Source of the DNA: Fistulifera solaris
Lineage: Eukaryota
Direction of reading: 5' to 3'
Assembly (NCBI GenBank): GCA_030295235.1
Contig: AP026141.1
Span: 434,001-498,000 of the forward strand
Length of the DNA stretch: 64,000 bases
The notes under the pieces: model-generated
What the model was told of the DNA's origin: nothing
What the model saw: the letters and a program-made list of their open reading frames with translations, nothing else
The model's database searches: none
Position numbers and translations under genes: made by a program
In this document: positions 1 through 13,455 of the stretch, in pieces
How the letters are laid out: each line of letters starts with the position of its first letter
How positions within the stretch are numbered: the first letter of the stretch is position 1

Positions 1-1481
1 AAGGAGAATACGATGCCATGGCCGTCTGGCAAGCCACCGGCATTCCCGCGATTAGTTTGCCGAATGGATGCCGGTCTCTGCCCGTGGAAGTGCTGCCCTT
101 ATTAGAAGATTATGAAAAGATATACCTATGGATGGACAACGACGGACCGGGACAAGAAGGTGCTCGTGTTTTCTCACAAAAGATTGGTCTCGGAAGGTGT
201 TTCATGGTGCAGCCGACTCTGGAAAGCACGGGTTGCCTCGAATTCGCGGATTTACCAAAAGACGCGAACGATGCACTATTGCAAGGCCATGACTTGAAAC
301 GCATCATCATGGAAGCGAAACCAGTACCTCATGAGCAGGTTTTGTCATTCAGCGATTTGCAGGACAGCGTATTGCACGAGATACTGCACCCCGAAAAGTA
401 CGAAGGAACGAAGTTACCTAGCTTGCCGAAATTCTCTGCAGTCGTGAAAGGTTTAAGAAGAGGTACGTTTACTTCACTGTTGTTTCTACTATTCATGTGC
501 TTCTGCTTTGACACTTACAAATCGCCTTTTGGTATCTTCTCGTTACAGGTGAACTTACCGTTGTGACTGGGCCCACGGGATCCGGAAAAACTACTTTTCT
601 AGGTACGCGTTGATAGTTTCCTGCCTTCTTTAAATCGTAAAGTTATCCTCACTAGCTGCACGACAGGTCAAATGTCGCTGGACTTGGCCGAACAAGGTGT
701 AAATGTTCTTTGGGGCAGCTTTGAAGTGCGAAACACAAGACTCATTCACAAATTGCTGCAGCAGTTCGCTCGACAACCCTTACCGAGAGGCGATCCTTCC
801 TCCGCGGATAAGCTGAAAGATATAGCCAAGCGCTTTGGGGAGCTCCCCTTGCACTTTCTCAAATTCCATGGGGCGTCCGAGCTCGAAGAAGTGCTGGATG
901 CCATGGAATATGCTGTTTACGTCCATGACTGCGAACATATCGGTAAGCTTCAGACAAAGTCTTGCTTTCTCTTGTCACATTCCACTCACACAACATGCAC
1001 TATTTTTTTTGTAGTCCTGGACAACCTCCAATTCATGATTTCACGACAAAACCTTGCATCGCGCAGCGGGAACTCTAATTTCGACAAATTCGATGCCCAA
1101 GACATTGCGATTGAGAAGTTTCGCAAGTTCGCCACCGAACGAAACGTTCACCTGTCGCTGGTGGTCCACCCACGCAAGGAAGACGAGTCGGCCCGACTCG
1201 GCATTTCCTCCATCTACGGCAGCGCGAAAGCGACACAGGAAGCCGACAATGTACTAATATTACAAAAAGACAATCAAAAGAAGTATCTCGATGTCCGCAA
1301 GAATCGCTTTTCCGGCGATTTGGGCGCCACCGAAATTTTCTTTGATCGCGCGACGAACCGCTATAGGGAAGCGCCCACCAATCACGTCGTAACGCCCAAA
1401 ATCACGAACAAAGCTCCTATCGCATCAATTGAAGATCACTGGGACAAGTATTTCTCGTCGCACCTCACCGAAAACAGCTGA
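1..1481 (+). CDS. TWNK: Twinkle-type mitochondrial primase-helicase (5' partial)
   Basis: TOPRIM motifs (EGEYDA, WMDNDGPG, KDAND) followed by SF4 helicase motifs. Walker A GPTGSGKTT lies in exon 549-602, then LDNLQF, VVHPRKE, GSAKATQEADNV and KNRFSG. GT-AG introns at 463-548, 603-666 and 943-1014. Confidence 0.93.
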
Positions 1482-1550
1482 GTCAACACAATTGCTCTAT
1501 TCATATACTCTTTAGATGATTCTCTTTTGCCATGTGCTAGCTTACAATTT

Positions 1551-2290
1551 CTATTTGTGCTCCTCAATTAATTCCTGTAACTTTGTAGGATTCGCCCCCA
1601 TCATTCGATCGACTATCTCTCCTCCTTTGATGAACAGAAATGTAGGCATGGCAGATACTAAAGGATAGAAAGAAATAATAGAGTGAGATGCAATTGTCCG
1701 AGAAATCAAGTTTCCAAAAGATGGACTTACCATTGTACTTTGCAGCCGCTGTAATGATTCGACAGAGGCAACAATTCGAGAAATAAGATGAGAAAATACA
1801 AAGAACGACCCTGATGTGTGTCATCAACACTTACTATCCGGATTCTCGTCAACATCTACTTTCAAGAATACAACATCATCGAAGGAATCCGACAATTCAT
1901 GAAACTGGAAAAAACGACGTGAGCTGCCTGTCGTAGAAGGACGCGCAATACACAAAAGATACGTACCACCGGAGAAATCATTTTGCAAGGTCCACACCTG
2001 CAAAGAGGGCCGTGAGACGTTTTTCAAAGAACCTTAAAGGAGAGACTGGAAAAGACTTACCATGTGGCAGTGAAATCAATCACCACAAGTTTCGATTCCG
2101 CACCGGCTTTAAGTAAAATGTCTTCGACATCTTCTAAGGTATCCGGCTCAACGACAGATCCACCACGAACTTGCAAGGCTGGAATACGTTGCGGAACGCC
2201 AAACAGCGGTGTCGGTCGAGGGGAGGGCGTAGCGTGAATCATGATCACGTTCCAAACGAACAAAAGAGCGAGCTGAAACCGAATCATCAT
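1551..2290 (-). CDS. Thioredoxin (WCGPC) with N-terminal signal peptide, 5 exons
   Basis: Exons 2290-2061, 1997-1967, 1904-1835, 1748-1731 and 1657-1551 splice (all GT-AG) to ...[22 protein letters not shown]...[29 protein letters not shown]... Confidence 0.92.
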
Positions 2291-3431
2291 GGCTGATTGA
2301 AAAGGTTGATTATTCAGATAGAAAGCAAGACAAACGATACCAGGTAATAATAGTAATCATTTACTGCAACATCACGAGGCGATGTGGGTGCGGTGATCTT
2401 TGGTTGACGCCAAGTGGAGATTTTTGCATGTCCGTGTCACGTACAGTGTCACGTTTCAGTAGGAGTCACCGGTACCGGTACCCGGTACGACATGAAAAAT
2501 GGACGAGCTGAGAAAATGCAAAACTGGTCGCACATGGCCCATGCTTTGCCGCCTTGCCTCTTTCGAATGCTATTTCATTCGTACAGAAGCCTCACAGCAC
2601 GAGCTTTCGGAGATTTCGAGGAACGTTCAGATAATGGTCGGTCAGTTGTCTGACGGGAAAAATAATTCATTCCTGGGAGAAAGTTGTTCTACCGAAATTC
2701 CTTGTATTTCAGTTAGTTACAAGGAACATTTTCGCATTTCGCCTCAGTTTCTTCTAATAACAGATAATGGAAAAAAGTCGAGAACATTGCATCACTGTCA
2801 TTGCTTCTGCGCAAAGTGACAATATCATGCTTCAGATGTCGGGAAAGTTGCCGGAAGCATAGAAAAAGAGATTCGTTTCTCTACGACATTGGGATGTTTT
2901 AATCGCAAAAGAATGACGCTTTCGAGAGAATTATCAATGAAAGAATGGTCTTTGATTTTTTAGCTTCCTTTCAAGAGGAATTTCATCGTTGGTTTCACAG
3001 AAAAAGCTTAGACCTAGTCTTTAGGAAAAAGTGAGGTGTCTGGTTTCTTCGGAATGAAGATTGTAACCTTACCAGGTACCTGGTACTGTAAAATTCATTG
3101 ACGTGTCCCAGTGCGTGATGACGTCTAATTTCAAAACAGTCTCCCGCGATAGCATTATCGGACATACAGTGCTAAATGTTTCGAGACACTTACCAACCAC
3201 TCTCTTGACCGTTGTCAGTTTTCTTCACCTCTACTCCAACGTTTTATTCATGCCTCCGTGCATTCACGTGTGTGTGTGTACCTTCTTCGTAGTCACCGAT
3301 CGTCGCACTATTTCAAAAATATTGCTCGAGCAGGTTCTTACAAAATAGCATACCCATCAATCGTGTATCTTTTTGCAAATCCAATTAAACCTTTCATATT
3401 ATTTCCTATCTTGTCAGAGTTAAGATCGAAA

Positions 3432-5139
3432 ATGATGAAACTTGCATCCAGCATTCTCTGGTTCTTGTGGGGCGCGACGGCGTTTGCGAGCCTCGATTGC
3501 CCCTTGCAAGGTAACGTCGTCTTGACCGACGGTTTCTCATTGTCGCAAGTGATGAACACCGAAGAGCAGACCGTCACCGTGCAATTGACTTACCAGGGTC
3601 AGGGATGGATTGGTATGGGCTTTGGGACGGGTATGTTGAATACGGTCGCAGTGATTGGCTTTCCGGACGAAAACCCCGCTTTGTATACACTCGGCGGTTA
3701 TGACAGGGCCAGTGTGACGGAGTTGGACGACCAATCGGCACTGCGAGATCGAGATTTCACGCAAACGGAAACAGAAAGCATTTTGACGTTTACCCTGTCG
3801 TTGACGGAAAATGTAGGAATAAATCTCATGGCGGGGGAAGAAACGAGCATCATCGCCGCATTCGGAATGTCGAACACGTTGGACTATCATTCCTTCCGCA
3901 CCGTGCAAAGAGTGTTTTTTACGGAATGCGCCGGCGGTATGCCAACAGATTCCATGGCGACGCCTGCTCCCGTGGCCGGCGAAGATTCTATGCCTTCTGT
4001 CGAAAGTCCTGTAGAAGCTCCTGTAGAAGCTCCTGTTGCAGCTCCTGTGTCGGCACCGGTGGCCAGCGATTCGGCCCCCTGCCGAGGGCGTCATCAGTAT
4101 CGGCAATGGTGCCACACTATTCACCGAGGCAAATGAGGAGCAAGGAACCATTTTCTTTGAAATTGTGTACGAAGGACAAGGGTGGATTGGTTTCGGTGTC
4201 TCTCCTGGTCAAACAATGGCGGGTAGTGAAGTGATTATCGGCGTTCCGGGCAGCGCCGTCGGACCCACTAACCCTGGAAAGTATGTTTTGTCGAGCCAGT
4301 CTCTCGCCGGTGTTACCCTGTTGCCCAGTGAACAACAAACATTGATTGATGCTACCATTGAACAAAACGAAACGCACACTGTACTTCGGTATTCGAAGCT
4401 GATGGAAGAAGATGGAGAGTTTTCGCTTTCTGCCGATGAGCCCAACCCTTTCGTGTTTGCTACTGGTATCAGCAACGCTTTGGGAAATCATAATCAGCGT
4501 TTCACATTCAGTGCAAGTGTTGGCGGTAGTGCTTCGGGGTTCAGTAGCGAGCCTCGACGTGAATTGTGGGCGGCACATGGTGCATTGATGACGATTGCTT
4601 GGGGTATTCTCGTCCCTCTTGCGATTAGTTGCAGTCTGCTGCGTGATCTGATTCCCGGACCAGAAGGATTGTGGTTTCGGCTGCATCAATTTCTCAACTC
4701 TCTGGCCATCACATTCACGATTGTCGGGTTTGCCATCGCGGTATATGCCATCAATGATCAGTCAGAGGGAGAACCCGAACATTTTGATGACTCCCCAAAA
4801 CACAAATTAATTGGCTTGATCATTTTCATCTTGGCTGTCGTTCAAGGCTTAATCGCAGCCTTCCGTCCTCACCTACCGAAGGCCGACAAAAATGAAGAGA
4901 ACGTAGAACAGCCAAAGGAGAAGTCAACATTGCGCTTCATATGGGAAATCAAGCATCGAGTTGTTGGCTTTACCCTTCTTGGTTTATCTTGGTACAACGT
5001 CGATTCGGGGCTTAAATTATTCGCCGACCTTTTCCAAGAGGACGACATGGGTATAGTGTTTTGGGTGGTCGTCGGAGTAATCAGTGGTCTGGCCATTCTC
5101 TTGTTCGCATTTACCAAGCTACGAAAGAGTGGCGATTGA
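3432..5139 (+). CDS. Secreted/membrane protein with two DOMON domains and a cytochrome b561 domain
   Basis: Signal peptide, two DOMON repeats (YQGQGWIGMGF, YEGQGWIGFGV) separated by a Pro/Ala linker, and b561 His motifs (AAHGALM, FRLHQ, KHKLIG, IKHRVVG). Frameshift in the C-run near 4076-4080. Confidence 0.88.
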
Positions 5140-5212
5140 TTAGGGAAATCTAACGTTTCTACATAAAAAATAGTTTTGTTGCTGAAAAGCCAAAGTCTTT
5201 TACATCGCTAAG

Positions 5213-7331
5213 CTAGATGATCGCCGCCGGCGTAGAACGGCTGTTTTGTCGGCGAATTTGCGGGTCCCCAAGCCCAATGATTCTCATCAGAATTGTCCAG
5301 AGGCTTAATGGAAAGAAACCTCTGTCACCTGGAGGCCGTAGTACAATGGCCGTTGACTGCCCTGTGCTAATCTGATCCGAAGTTACAGTGACAGAACTGT
5401 CTTTCTCGGGTTTACCAGTATCGTTCAACTGGCTCTCAACGGTTTTACCAGTAGGCTGGATTTCCGCCGTAACGCTCGGAAGTTCCCCGCTTTTCTTTGT
5501 TGATGTTACACTGCCTTTATCAGGATTCTGTGACATTGAATGGAACTTAGATTGTAGCAAGCTTATCTTCGTGCAACACTCTGCATCTCCACTCTTAACT
5601 AAAGATATTTTGTAGTCGAGATCCTTTATTTGTTCACGCAACCCGCGAACCAAGTTGATTCCACCCGAAAGCCCTCGTTTCTCCACTTCTGACAAATTTC
5701 GAGCATTTTCTTCTGAAAGATCAGCAATCGATACTCGGAGCATCCTAATTTTACTTTCAGAAGCTGCAATCTGACCAATCAGTTGCTGTCTCTGGTGTTC
5801 TTCGTCTTCATTCGACTCGGGCGGTCCCCGTTTCGTCAAAAATATTTGCGATGCAATCTTTTCTCCTTCTGGTCCACACTTTTTCACCCAGTACTCCAAC
5901 TCATCTTCGCTGTTCACCCATGCTTCCTGCAATCTATCCAATTCATCTTGCTTTGACTCAAGTGAAGACCGTAAGCTCCTTACATGTGATGCTAGGGCCG
6001 ACGCTCCACTTCCTAAAAGAAGAAGACCACTGCATACAGCAACCTCCTCTCCAAGGTTGTCAAGACAACTCGATAATGCATTCGACAGCGCTTGCGATTC
6101 ATCAAGGCGGTTGAGAAGACTAGAAATAGACTGCGGTTCACCTCGATTCAACACGACTGATTTTTTTCGGTCCATTGCCATTCGTTTCCTCACCATTACT
6201 ATTAGCGCGTAGCTGTGTAGGCCGTAGCAGTTCTTCGCACTTCAACGCTCCCATTTCCACACTCCAATCATACAAGTGTTTGCCCCCGATGTCAATTTGA
6301 TGCGGCATACCCGATGTCAAAAGCTGTCGCAGTCTGTCTACTTCATCGGATCCAATGCAGCGAAGTGCTTCGGCCGTAAACGCATGCCGGATCCCCTCGC
6401 GTTTCGACAGAGGAATATCCAGCGGCTCAATCTTGGTCCTTCTACGATTTTCAAGCGTGGTTTCATTCAACGCGATGGTATCTCGTCCAAACACCAACTC
6501 CCACGCCGATGCATCATCGTAGCGATTCAAGTGACTCCTTGATTTCTCATTTGGTCTTGTCTTTTCTTGAATCGAATTCACATTGGGGCGGATACTCGGA
6601 TCAGCACCCATTCTAAGAAGGCAATTCGTGGCGTTGACAGATCCGTACGAGACAGCAATATGAAGCGGTGGTATTGTGGAATTATCGTTGCCATCTAAGA
6701 GGGTTGTAGGTCCATCCTTTTCCTCCGCCAAAATCGAATTCAAAATGTCAACGCGATCGTGTTCTGCGGCAAGTGATAGCAATGATAGCTTCTCGGCCGT
6801 GGAAGTCACATCTTCTTCTTCCTCCTCTTCGTCATCGCTGTGATTTTCGTTCGGATGTTCTCTTTCGCTTTCCGTCTTTTGTTTTGTATTATTGTTTCGT
6901 TGAGGCGGCTCGGAATCATCATCCGAGTCCGAGTCAGGCAACTGATAATCGTTTTTATCACGGTCTTCTTCATCCCCGAAAGTTAAGCCGGAATCTAATC
7001 TCGCACGGGCCGATGATTTCGCCGTCTTGACGAATTCGATGGGAACGCATTCAGGTTGGTTCTCGAAACCGTTCTCGTCCTTCTCTACGGTTGCTTTATT
7101 TTCACGTGACGGAGGGTTTTCCGTTTCCGTTTCCTTCTCTTGTATCTCTTCCTTTTCTATTTTCTTAACGGTATCTTCAGGTGCAGCATTCGGTTGTTCG
7201 TTATCGTTTGGGGGCTCTTCATTTGCAGCCAAATCTTCTTCGTCGAGCTCCTCCGACGAATAATCCTCCGAATCATATTCACTCGAGTATTCGTCTTCGT
7301 CTTCCTCGGCCTTTCGCCAAAACCAAGGCAT
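5213..7331 (-). CDS. Ankyrin-repeat and coiled-coil protein with acidic N-terminus
   Basis: Ankyrin motifs (LSLAAEHDRVDIL, PPLHIAVSYGS...LLRMGADP) and a C-terminal coiled coil. Two ORFs are joined by a frameshift at the T-run near 6161-6167. Confidence 0.8.
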
Positions 7332-8102
7332 GATTGAGTATAAGCAAGCTTACGGAGCCTCTCTATGTGATTGTAAAACACTTAGTCGTCGAGCCTTCGG
7401 TATCTGAGAGACCCAATAACAACAAATAAAACGATCATCTCGATCGTCTTTTTTACCAGGTATTTTGCGCTTGTTACGAGTGTGCAATTTGTACTGAACG
7501 AATCTGAGCCTGTTTTGTTGTTAAGGCTGAACGGCGGCGGTCTACTGATTGCGGCAGTCAAATATGTCTTCTCGAGATTCAGAGAACTAGGGTTGCAAAA
7601 AATAAAATAAAATAACCAAGTAAACGAGAAGCACGAGAGGCACAAGCCCAGCTTCGATAGTTCCAGGATTAATTACTGTTACACGACGGCGAACAGCAAA
7701 CAAATTTATGACGAGCGGTAGGCTAGTCTTTTAGATTCTTTGTCACTCGGAATCTCGATCGTCCGTTGTTGAAGGTAGATGTAGCTGAAATTAAGTTACC
7801 AGTATTCTCGAGCGAGGCCTTACTTATCCCCTCTTCTTACCGGATCCCTTGATCCAGATCTTAACTTTGTATCGTTGCAAGATCAGCGACGTACGAGTTA
7901 AAGGGCATCGAAAAACCAAGCAGGGATGAACGGCGCAAACTATAGAGGGAAGAGAAAAGACACATTGACTGACACACAAGATGCACAGAGATGGCTAAGA
8001 CACTATCTCATAGGACGCAACATCTATAGCATCAATATTTGTTTTTAGAAAGCCAATGAAAAGAGTTGACGAAGGTACAAGAAAAGCGTCTAAATAAAGC
8101 AA

Positions 8103-8878
8103 TTAGGCTTCAGCGGTTCCAGTGGCCTTGTCCCAAGCTTTCTTGAGCTGACTGGGACTAGCTTCCAAGAAACCAGAGTATCCCATAGCACCTACCAAAG
8201 TAGACATAACTTTATCAGCGTCAACACCGTTATCTTTGCCAAAGGCCTCGGCCTTAAATTTGGCGGCATCCTTCGTGAACGCCTTGAGTGTCTCTTCCGC
8301 CTTTTTCAAGTCGAGACTGACCGTTGAAACGGCCTCCGCAAACCAAGGTTCGTCTCCACCATCCGCGGCACCCGAGTAGGAACTCTGGCCCACGGGGCTG
8401 GTTCCAGGAACTCGCCAGTTGTTGGGGCTTACGGCACCGAATTGACCCTGGCCACCGTCTCCAGCTGAGGCAGGAACGTAACTGTTCTTTTGCCAAAGTC
8501 CAAGTCGAAGCTCATGGACAAAGACGAGGCTGTTGTTGAGTGAATATGATGTAGTAATGAGCAGGGTTCCAGGTCAAATAAAAATCATACACGAGGCATC
8601 ATTGCAATACGCGCAATCAAGAAGCCCAGAAGCGAATTGTTGAAGATTGACAGAACAAAAAAGGTAACATAAGATCAGCGAAAGAGAAAGAGTGAGATAA
8701 ATTCCCATAAAACTCATTTACACCGAATATTAAAGCCGCTGTTGGGTTACCAATGGGTGATAACACGGTTTCAGCCTACATCGGATAAATAAATCTACGT
8801 ACATCGAACGCCGAAAGCGGCGGGGGCGAAAGCCGAAGTCGTGGCAGCAGATGCAAGCAAGGCAGCAATGATCTTCAT
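8103..8878 (-). CDS. Small plastid-targeted protein of unknown function
   Basis: Exon 1 (8878-8803) encodes MKIIAALLASAATTSAFAPAAFGVR, a classic bipartite leader. The acceptor near 8530 is followed by SLSMSFDLDFGK, then (after a one-base shift in an A-run) GDGGQGQFGAVSPNNWRVPG...DGGDEPWF... Confidence 0.75.
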
Positions 8879-9272
8879 GGTAATAGTGTTGATTGGGCTT
8901 TTTTTAGTGAGTATGAATGCAAACGCAACGTCCAAGATATCCACGCGTTTCGTCCAGTTTTTTTTAGGTAACCGATGTTGAGGTAAAAAGATCGAACGTT
9001 GCTACCGATCGTATTCACTCTATAAGTAAAGTGTACAATGGCTCGTCAGCCTTTCTCGTTGGCCTTTTCGCTGTGTCACGAATACACGTGAATAAATTTA
9101 GGAATTGGGATTGGTATACACGGGACTGCCTTTTCCAATGTTCTCTACGGTCTGTACGGTGCGCGGTTACCTTTCCTGATGATGATGGTTTTTTCTTTCT
9201 CACAAAACAAAACCTTGCGTTCATAAATAATTACCTGTAATACGCTCCTAGTCTAGTGTTCATAATCGCCTA

Positions 9273-10287
9273 ATGCTTACCCGCTTACTCACAGTCTTCT
9301 ATTTGCTAGTACCCACTTGCGCTTTCGTAGCAAGCTGTAGGCGCAACACAGCGATCAAACTATATTCAGCAACGGAAACTGTTTCCATTCCCTCCGAATG
9401 GAAAATATGGAAAGACGATGTACCAGATGTTCAAATTGTCAATCAAATGCCAGAAAATCTTCCTAGAGACATGAAAAACAAGTACTACTTGTTGAGACAT
9501 GGACAATCGACCGCGAATGTCGACGAAATCATCTCATCGGCGAGATCGCTGGCCTACACCAACAAACACGGCCTCACGTCCGTAGGATACGACCAAGGCT
9601 TCGATTCTGCTTCATCATTGATTGAACTACTGAAAGAGTCAACCGAGAAAGGAGACCGCGTAGTTCTTGTTTCTTCTCCTCTCGCACGGGCGAGGGAGAC
9701 AGCCGAAGCCTGTCTGGATGGTTTATTTCAGAATGAGACAAATGCGAAGCTATGGAGAGACGAACTGGGTGTTGCTGTAGCAAAGAACATTTACTATCAC
9801 GACTTGTTAGTTGAAAGAAACTTCGGAAGGCTAGATGGCGAAGGTAAATTCTGTGTTGTTTTTTCCACACGGTGGTTTCATATACCTGCCCTCATGTGCA
9901 CTATTCTCGACCCAAGCAATCTATACTTATGCATACGTCTGGCCGCTCGATCGAATGAATGTAACACACACTGCGTTTGATGTAGAATCGGTTGCAGCTG
10001 TTTGTACCCGTTTAAAGAGGTTTTTTGAGGATCTCGAAAAAGCGGACTTTTCAAGATCATTTGAACATGTACCGGAATGTAAAAGAGTCACTCATGTGGT
10101 GTGTGTTTCACATGCGGATGTTTTGCAAATAGCTCAGCTCTACGCGGCGGAAGTACCGAATGTGGGCGAGTTTTCGTCTTATCGATTTGCGAATGGAGAG
10201 ATTCGGCGACTGCAACCGGGTGCTGGTTTGGCGTCCTTGCCGGAAGCGAACCACTTGCAGAAACCATACAGAGGAACTCGAACATAA
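9273..10287 (+). CDS. Histidine phosphatase (phosphoglycerate mutase-like) family protein, probably plastid-targeted
   Basis: Motifs LLRHGQS, SSPLARARETA, LVERNFG and VSHAD. Intron 9844-9916. Leader ...PTCA-FV. Confidence 0.87.
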
Positions 10288-10326
10288 TTTGAAACAACTT
10301 AAAAGCTTATAATTGCCGGGCTTAAG

Positions 10327-12854
10327 CTACTGCTCTGGGTATTGCTCATCATCCAAATTGAAGTCTGGCAAGATGGGGCAGTTCTCTAAATGTAGCGAAT
10401 GCATCTGGAAGCAACACAAGACCGACTCCGGCAATTCCTCCTCGGACACTCCTTCTATTATGAAGGCAAAGGCTATTGAAACCGATTTTGTGTGTCCTCT
10501 CACCACGCTTAAAATACCTTTTGCAATCGAAGAAGCAGTTATGATGACATCAACTTCGTATACTCCTTTTCGAGTGAGATCCCTATCGCGGAAGAAATAT
10601 TGCAAAGGAATGACCTTTCCCAGCAAGGCAGGTGACTTTCCTGGACCCACGGCTGCTTTGACAATCCATGGACCTTCAACAACTACGGGAAGCAATTTTA
10701 GGCGGGCATCACGGTATTCTTGATCACCGTTACAGAACCTGTCCCAAACACCCTGGAGCTTTTGCGGAAACATATCCAATGGCGGTATCGAAAAGTATGC
10801 AACCAGATTGCCGAAAGGTAGCATAAAGTTTACAAGAAAGGTGTCTTCGTCGGCCAATCGTCCACCAAGAACGCTCGGGTGGCGTGCAATATTATGTCTG
10901 GGATTATCTGTCATCCACATGTCAACTCCGCGACATGTCAGGGTGCTGGCCCCGACAAAACTTTTACTTTGTCGGTTAAATAATTTGCCCCACGCACATG
11001 AAAAATTTTCGTCTCAGGTTGGCTCCAGCATGAATGGCCGTCTTTCGAAGGGAATTTTGGCAGCGGTGACGATAGTCGCTCATCCTCGAAAGACACGAAT
11101 GGATGAAGCGGACTTGCTTCTTCGCCGTCAGACTCTTCGCAATCATCATCGATAGAGATTTCACGTCTTCTGACCTCAGTATTCTTAATTGTGACCTGGG
11201 GAGTGCCGTCAGCACTACCTCGCTGTTCCTTCACAACGGGAGGTTGACGCCGTGACGGAGCCAATTCGCTGCTCTTCCCCATAACTATCGATCCAAAGCA
11301 GGCAGCACCAGCCCAGGATAAGAATAGTAGATCGAGTCGTATCGTAACAACAGGAATAAATTGCCCAAGAACACGACCTGTTAATGGGAGAACAGCTGTC
11401 GCAAGAAATAGCATTGATTGAGAAGGAAAAGGAATCAAAGCTTTATCGCCCCAAAGGTAACCCAAGGAGAGCACTCGAGCGGCAAACTCATCGACTGCTG
11501 ATTGCTTTGTAGCACACGAGTGTAACCATTCCTTGACGAAACGGTCCGTAGATATTGTACTATGAAGAGCGATTGCTGTCTTTTTCGTCAAAATTGATAG
11601 ACCATCATGCCCCTCTAACAGGCGCACGGAGAGTGGAGCAACATTTGCCTGTGAAGGCGACGAAGCCGACGATAGGCACAGAAATGATTTCAATGCGCTG
11701 GTATTGACGGTTTTAGCATCCACAACGACACTTCGAAGCAAGCTGTCAACAACGGAAAGCGTCGCTTTCAGTTGTTCCGCACTTGGACGAGTCGACAGTC
11801 GGGATATTTGATGAATCATTCCTCTACGCGAATCGCCCATTTGAAAGTCGATATTGTCCACCAGCTTTTGAAAGTCGTCAGCTGTTCGAAGAATAGACCA
11901 TTGTTCTGCTACTTGTCGTCGCTGTAACAAAAGCACTCGAATCTCGTAAGCAATCTCAAAGCGAAGACTTCGCGCTAGTCGGACCACGCGATACTGCGTG
12001 ACGCGAGTAATCACAATTTTGGAGGGGTTGCTGTCTGCTTTGGAAGACCTCGACGCATGGCGCTTCTGCATCCCAGTTGAACCGCTATCTCGGGTCGTCA
12101 CGGTCGTCACGGTCGTCACGTCAATCTGTTCAGACTCTGTTTCATTCACATGACTGGTCGTTAATATTAAATTTTCAACAGGAGACTTGGTCTTTGTGTC
12201 TTCTTCTTCAAAGGTGCAAGATTCTAAAACACGAACACCCAACATGTCCTCATTCTCCGAAATGGACTCATCAATCCTGGGTGTTAGCAAGGGTGATGGT
12301 AATTCGTCCTTCCACCACGGGCTTACAATCGGACCTGACCTAGGAGATGCTAACGTGGTTAAATGAGTGACGTTCCTAGTAGCAGCCCACTGCAAAGCGA
12401 CAACCCACATCTGGGCCTCTTCCAGAGTCGCTACTGCACACAAGAAATCACGCTGCTCATGCTGAACTGGATCGGGCGAACATTGTAACGTTTCTGTATC
12501 AGACGACAGCAGCCTTTGCCCACGAAACATAAAACCATAGGTACTGGTCGGCAATCCGACATGCATATCACGGAAAGTAGTCGCATCTAGAATTCGCGCT
12601 TGGAATAGAATGAGTGTGTACCTAGGAACACGACATCCCGAACCATTTTCTTCGTAATACCGAACCAACCCATTATCCCAAACTTCCAGATAGCGCGGCC
12701 TCCACACGCGGCGAATTTTCCCTCTCACGTGTGCTCGACCAGAGTGACGAATTTGGGGTTCTGTCGGAAACGGAGAATGTCGATCAAGTGAAACGCGCCG
12801 TGCATTGCTGTTCACCTGCGAACCGTCCTGCGGTGACCTAGCATTGGATTTCAT
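10327..12854 (-). CDS. PH-domain protein with C-terminal EDR2-like (DUF1336) domain
   Basis: N-terminal PH-like region (WRPRYLEV...EAQMWVVALQ). C-terminal FHVRGANYLTDKVK, RLKLLPVVVEGPWIVKAAVG and EEELPE. Frameshift near 10940-10950. Confidence 0.85.
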
Positions 12855-13455
12855 TTTTGCTCAGAATGACCGACAACTCCTTACTATCTAACATCAACGC
12901 TTCACGTTATTACCGTTCAAGAAAGAAAAAGAGAACCGTGAGAAAAGATAGTCTAGGATGCCTGCAGTCTTTTCCCAATTCCTTAAACGTTTCGTGTTGT
13001 TGATGTGCTGCTCATCACGAAGGTGTTCGGTGTAAACAAGAGTTTTGACATCAAAAACTGCGGGAAAGGGCGGGCGTACGCATTGTACAGTTTGATCAAG
13101 TGTAATTTCATCTTTAGCTAAATAAAAAAATAGATTACTGTTTTTTTTAAAATGGGCCATCGATTCGGGTCACGCTGAAGCTATGGTTCTAAACATTTTG
13201 TCTGATCTCTGCATATAGCTTCTTCATTCTCAGTCAGCCATTCAAGCAACTGTCGACATGGCAAAGTGCACGCAATAATCCTCAACAGCATGTCAACCGT
13301 TCATATTTGAACACTCACAATTCACCTGGTCGAAAACCTTTCGGTTATGACTCAAACTTTTCACATTAAAGTCGTCCGAAACGAATAGAAGAATGGTCCA
13401 ATGTCGATCGCAATAAATCTAGCTTTAAGCAGGGTTGCTACTTAGATTAAGAGAG

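Noticed and set aside
4076..4082. Programmed ribosomal frameshifting at the split genes
   Set aside because: The sites share no slippery heptamer or downstream structure, shifts go in both directions, and they track homopolymers, so sequencing error is more parsimonious.
13090..13110. GATCAAGTGTA, similar to U2 snRNA
   Set aside because: The branch-point pairing sequence GTAGTA and the rest of U2 are absent.
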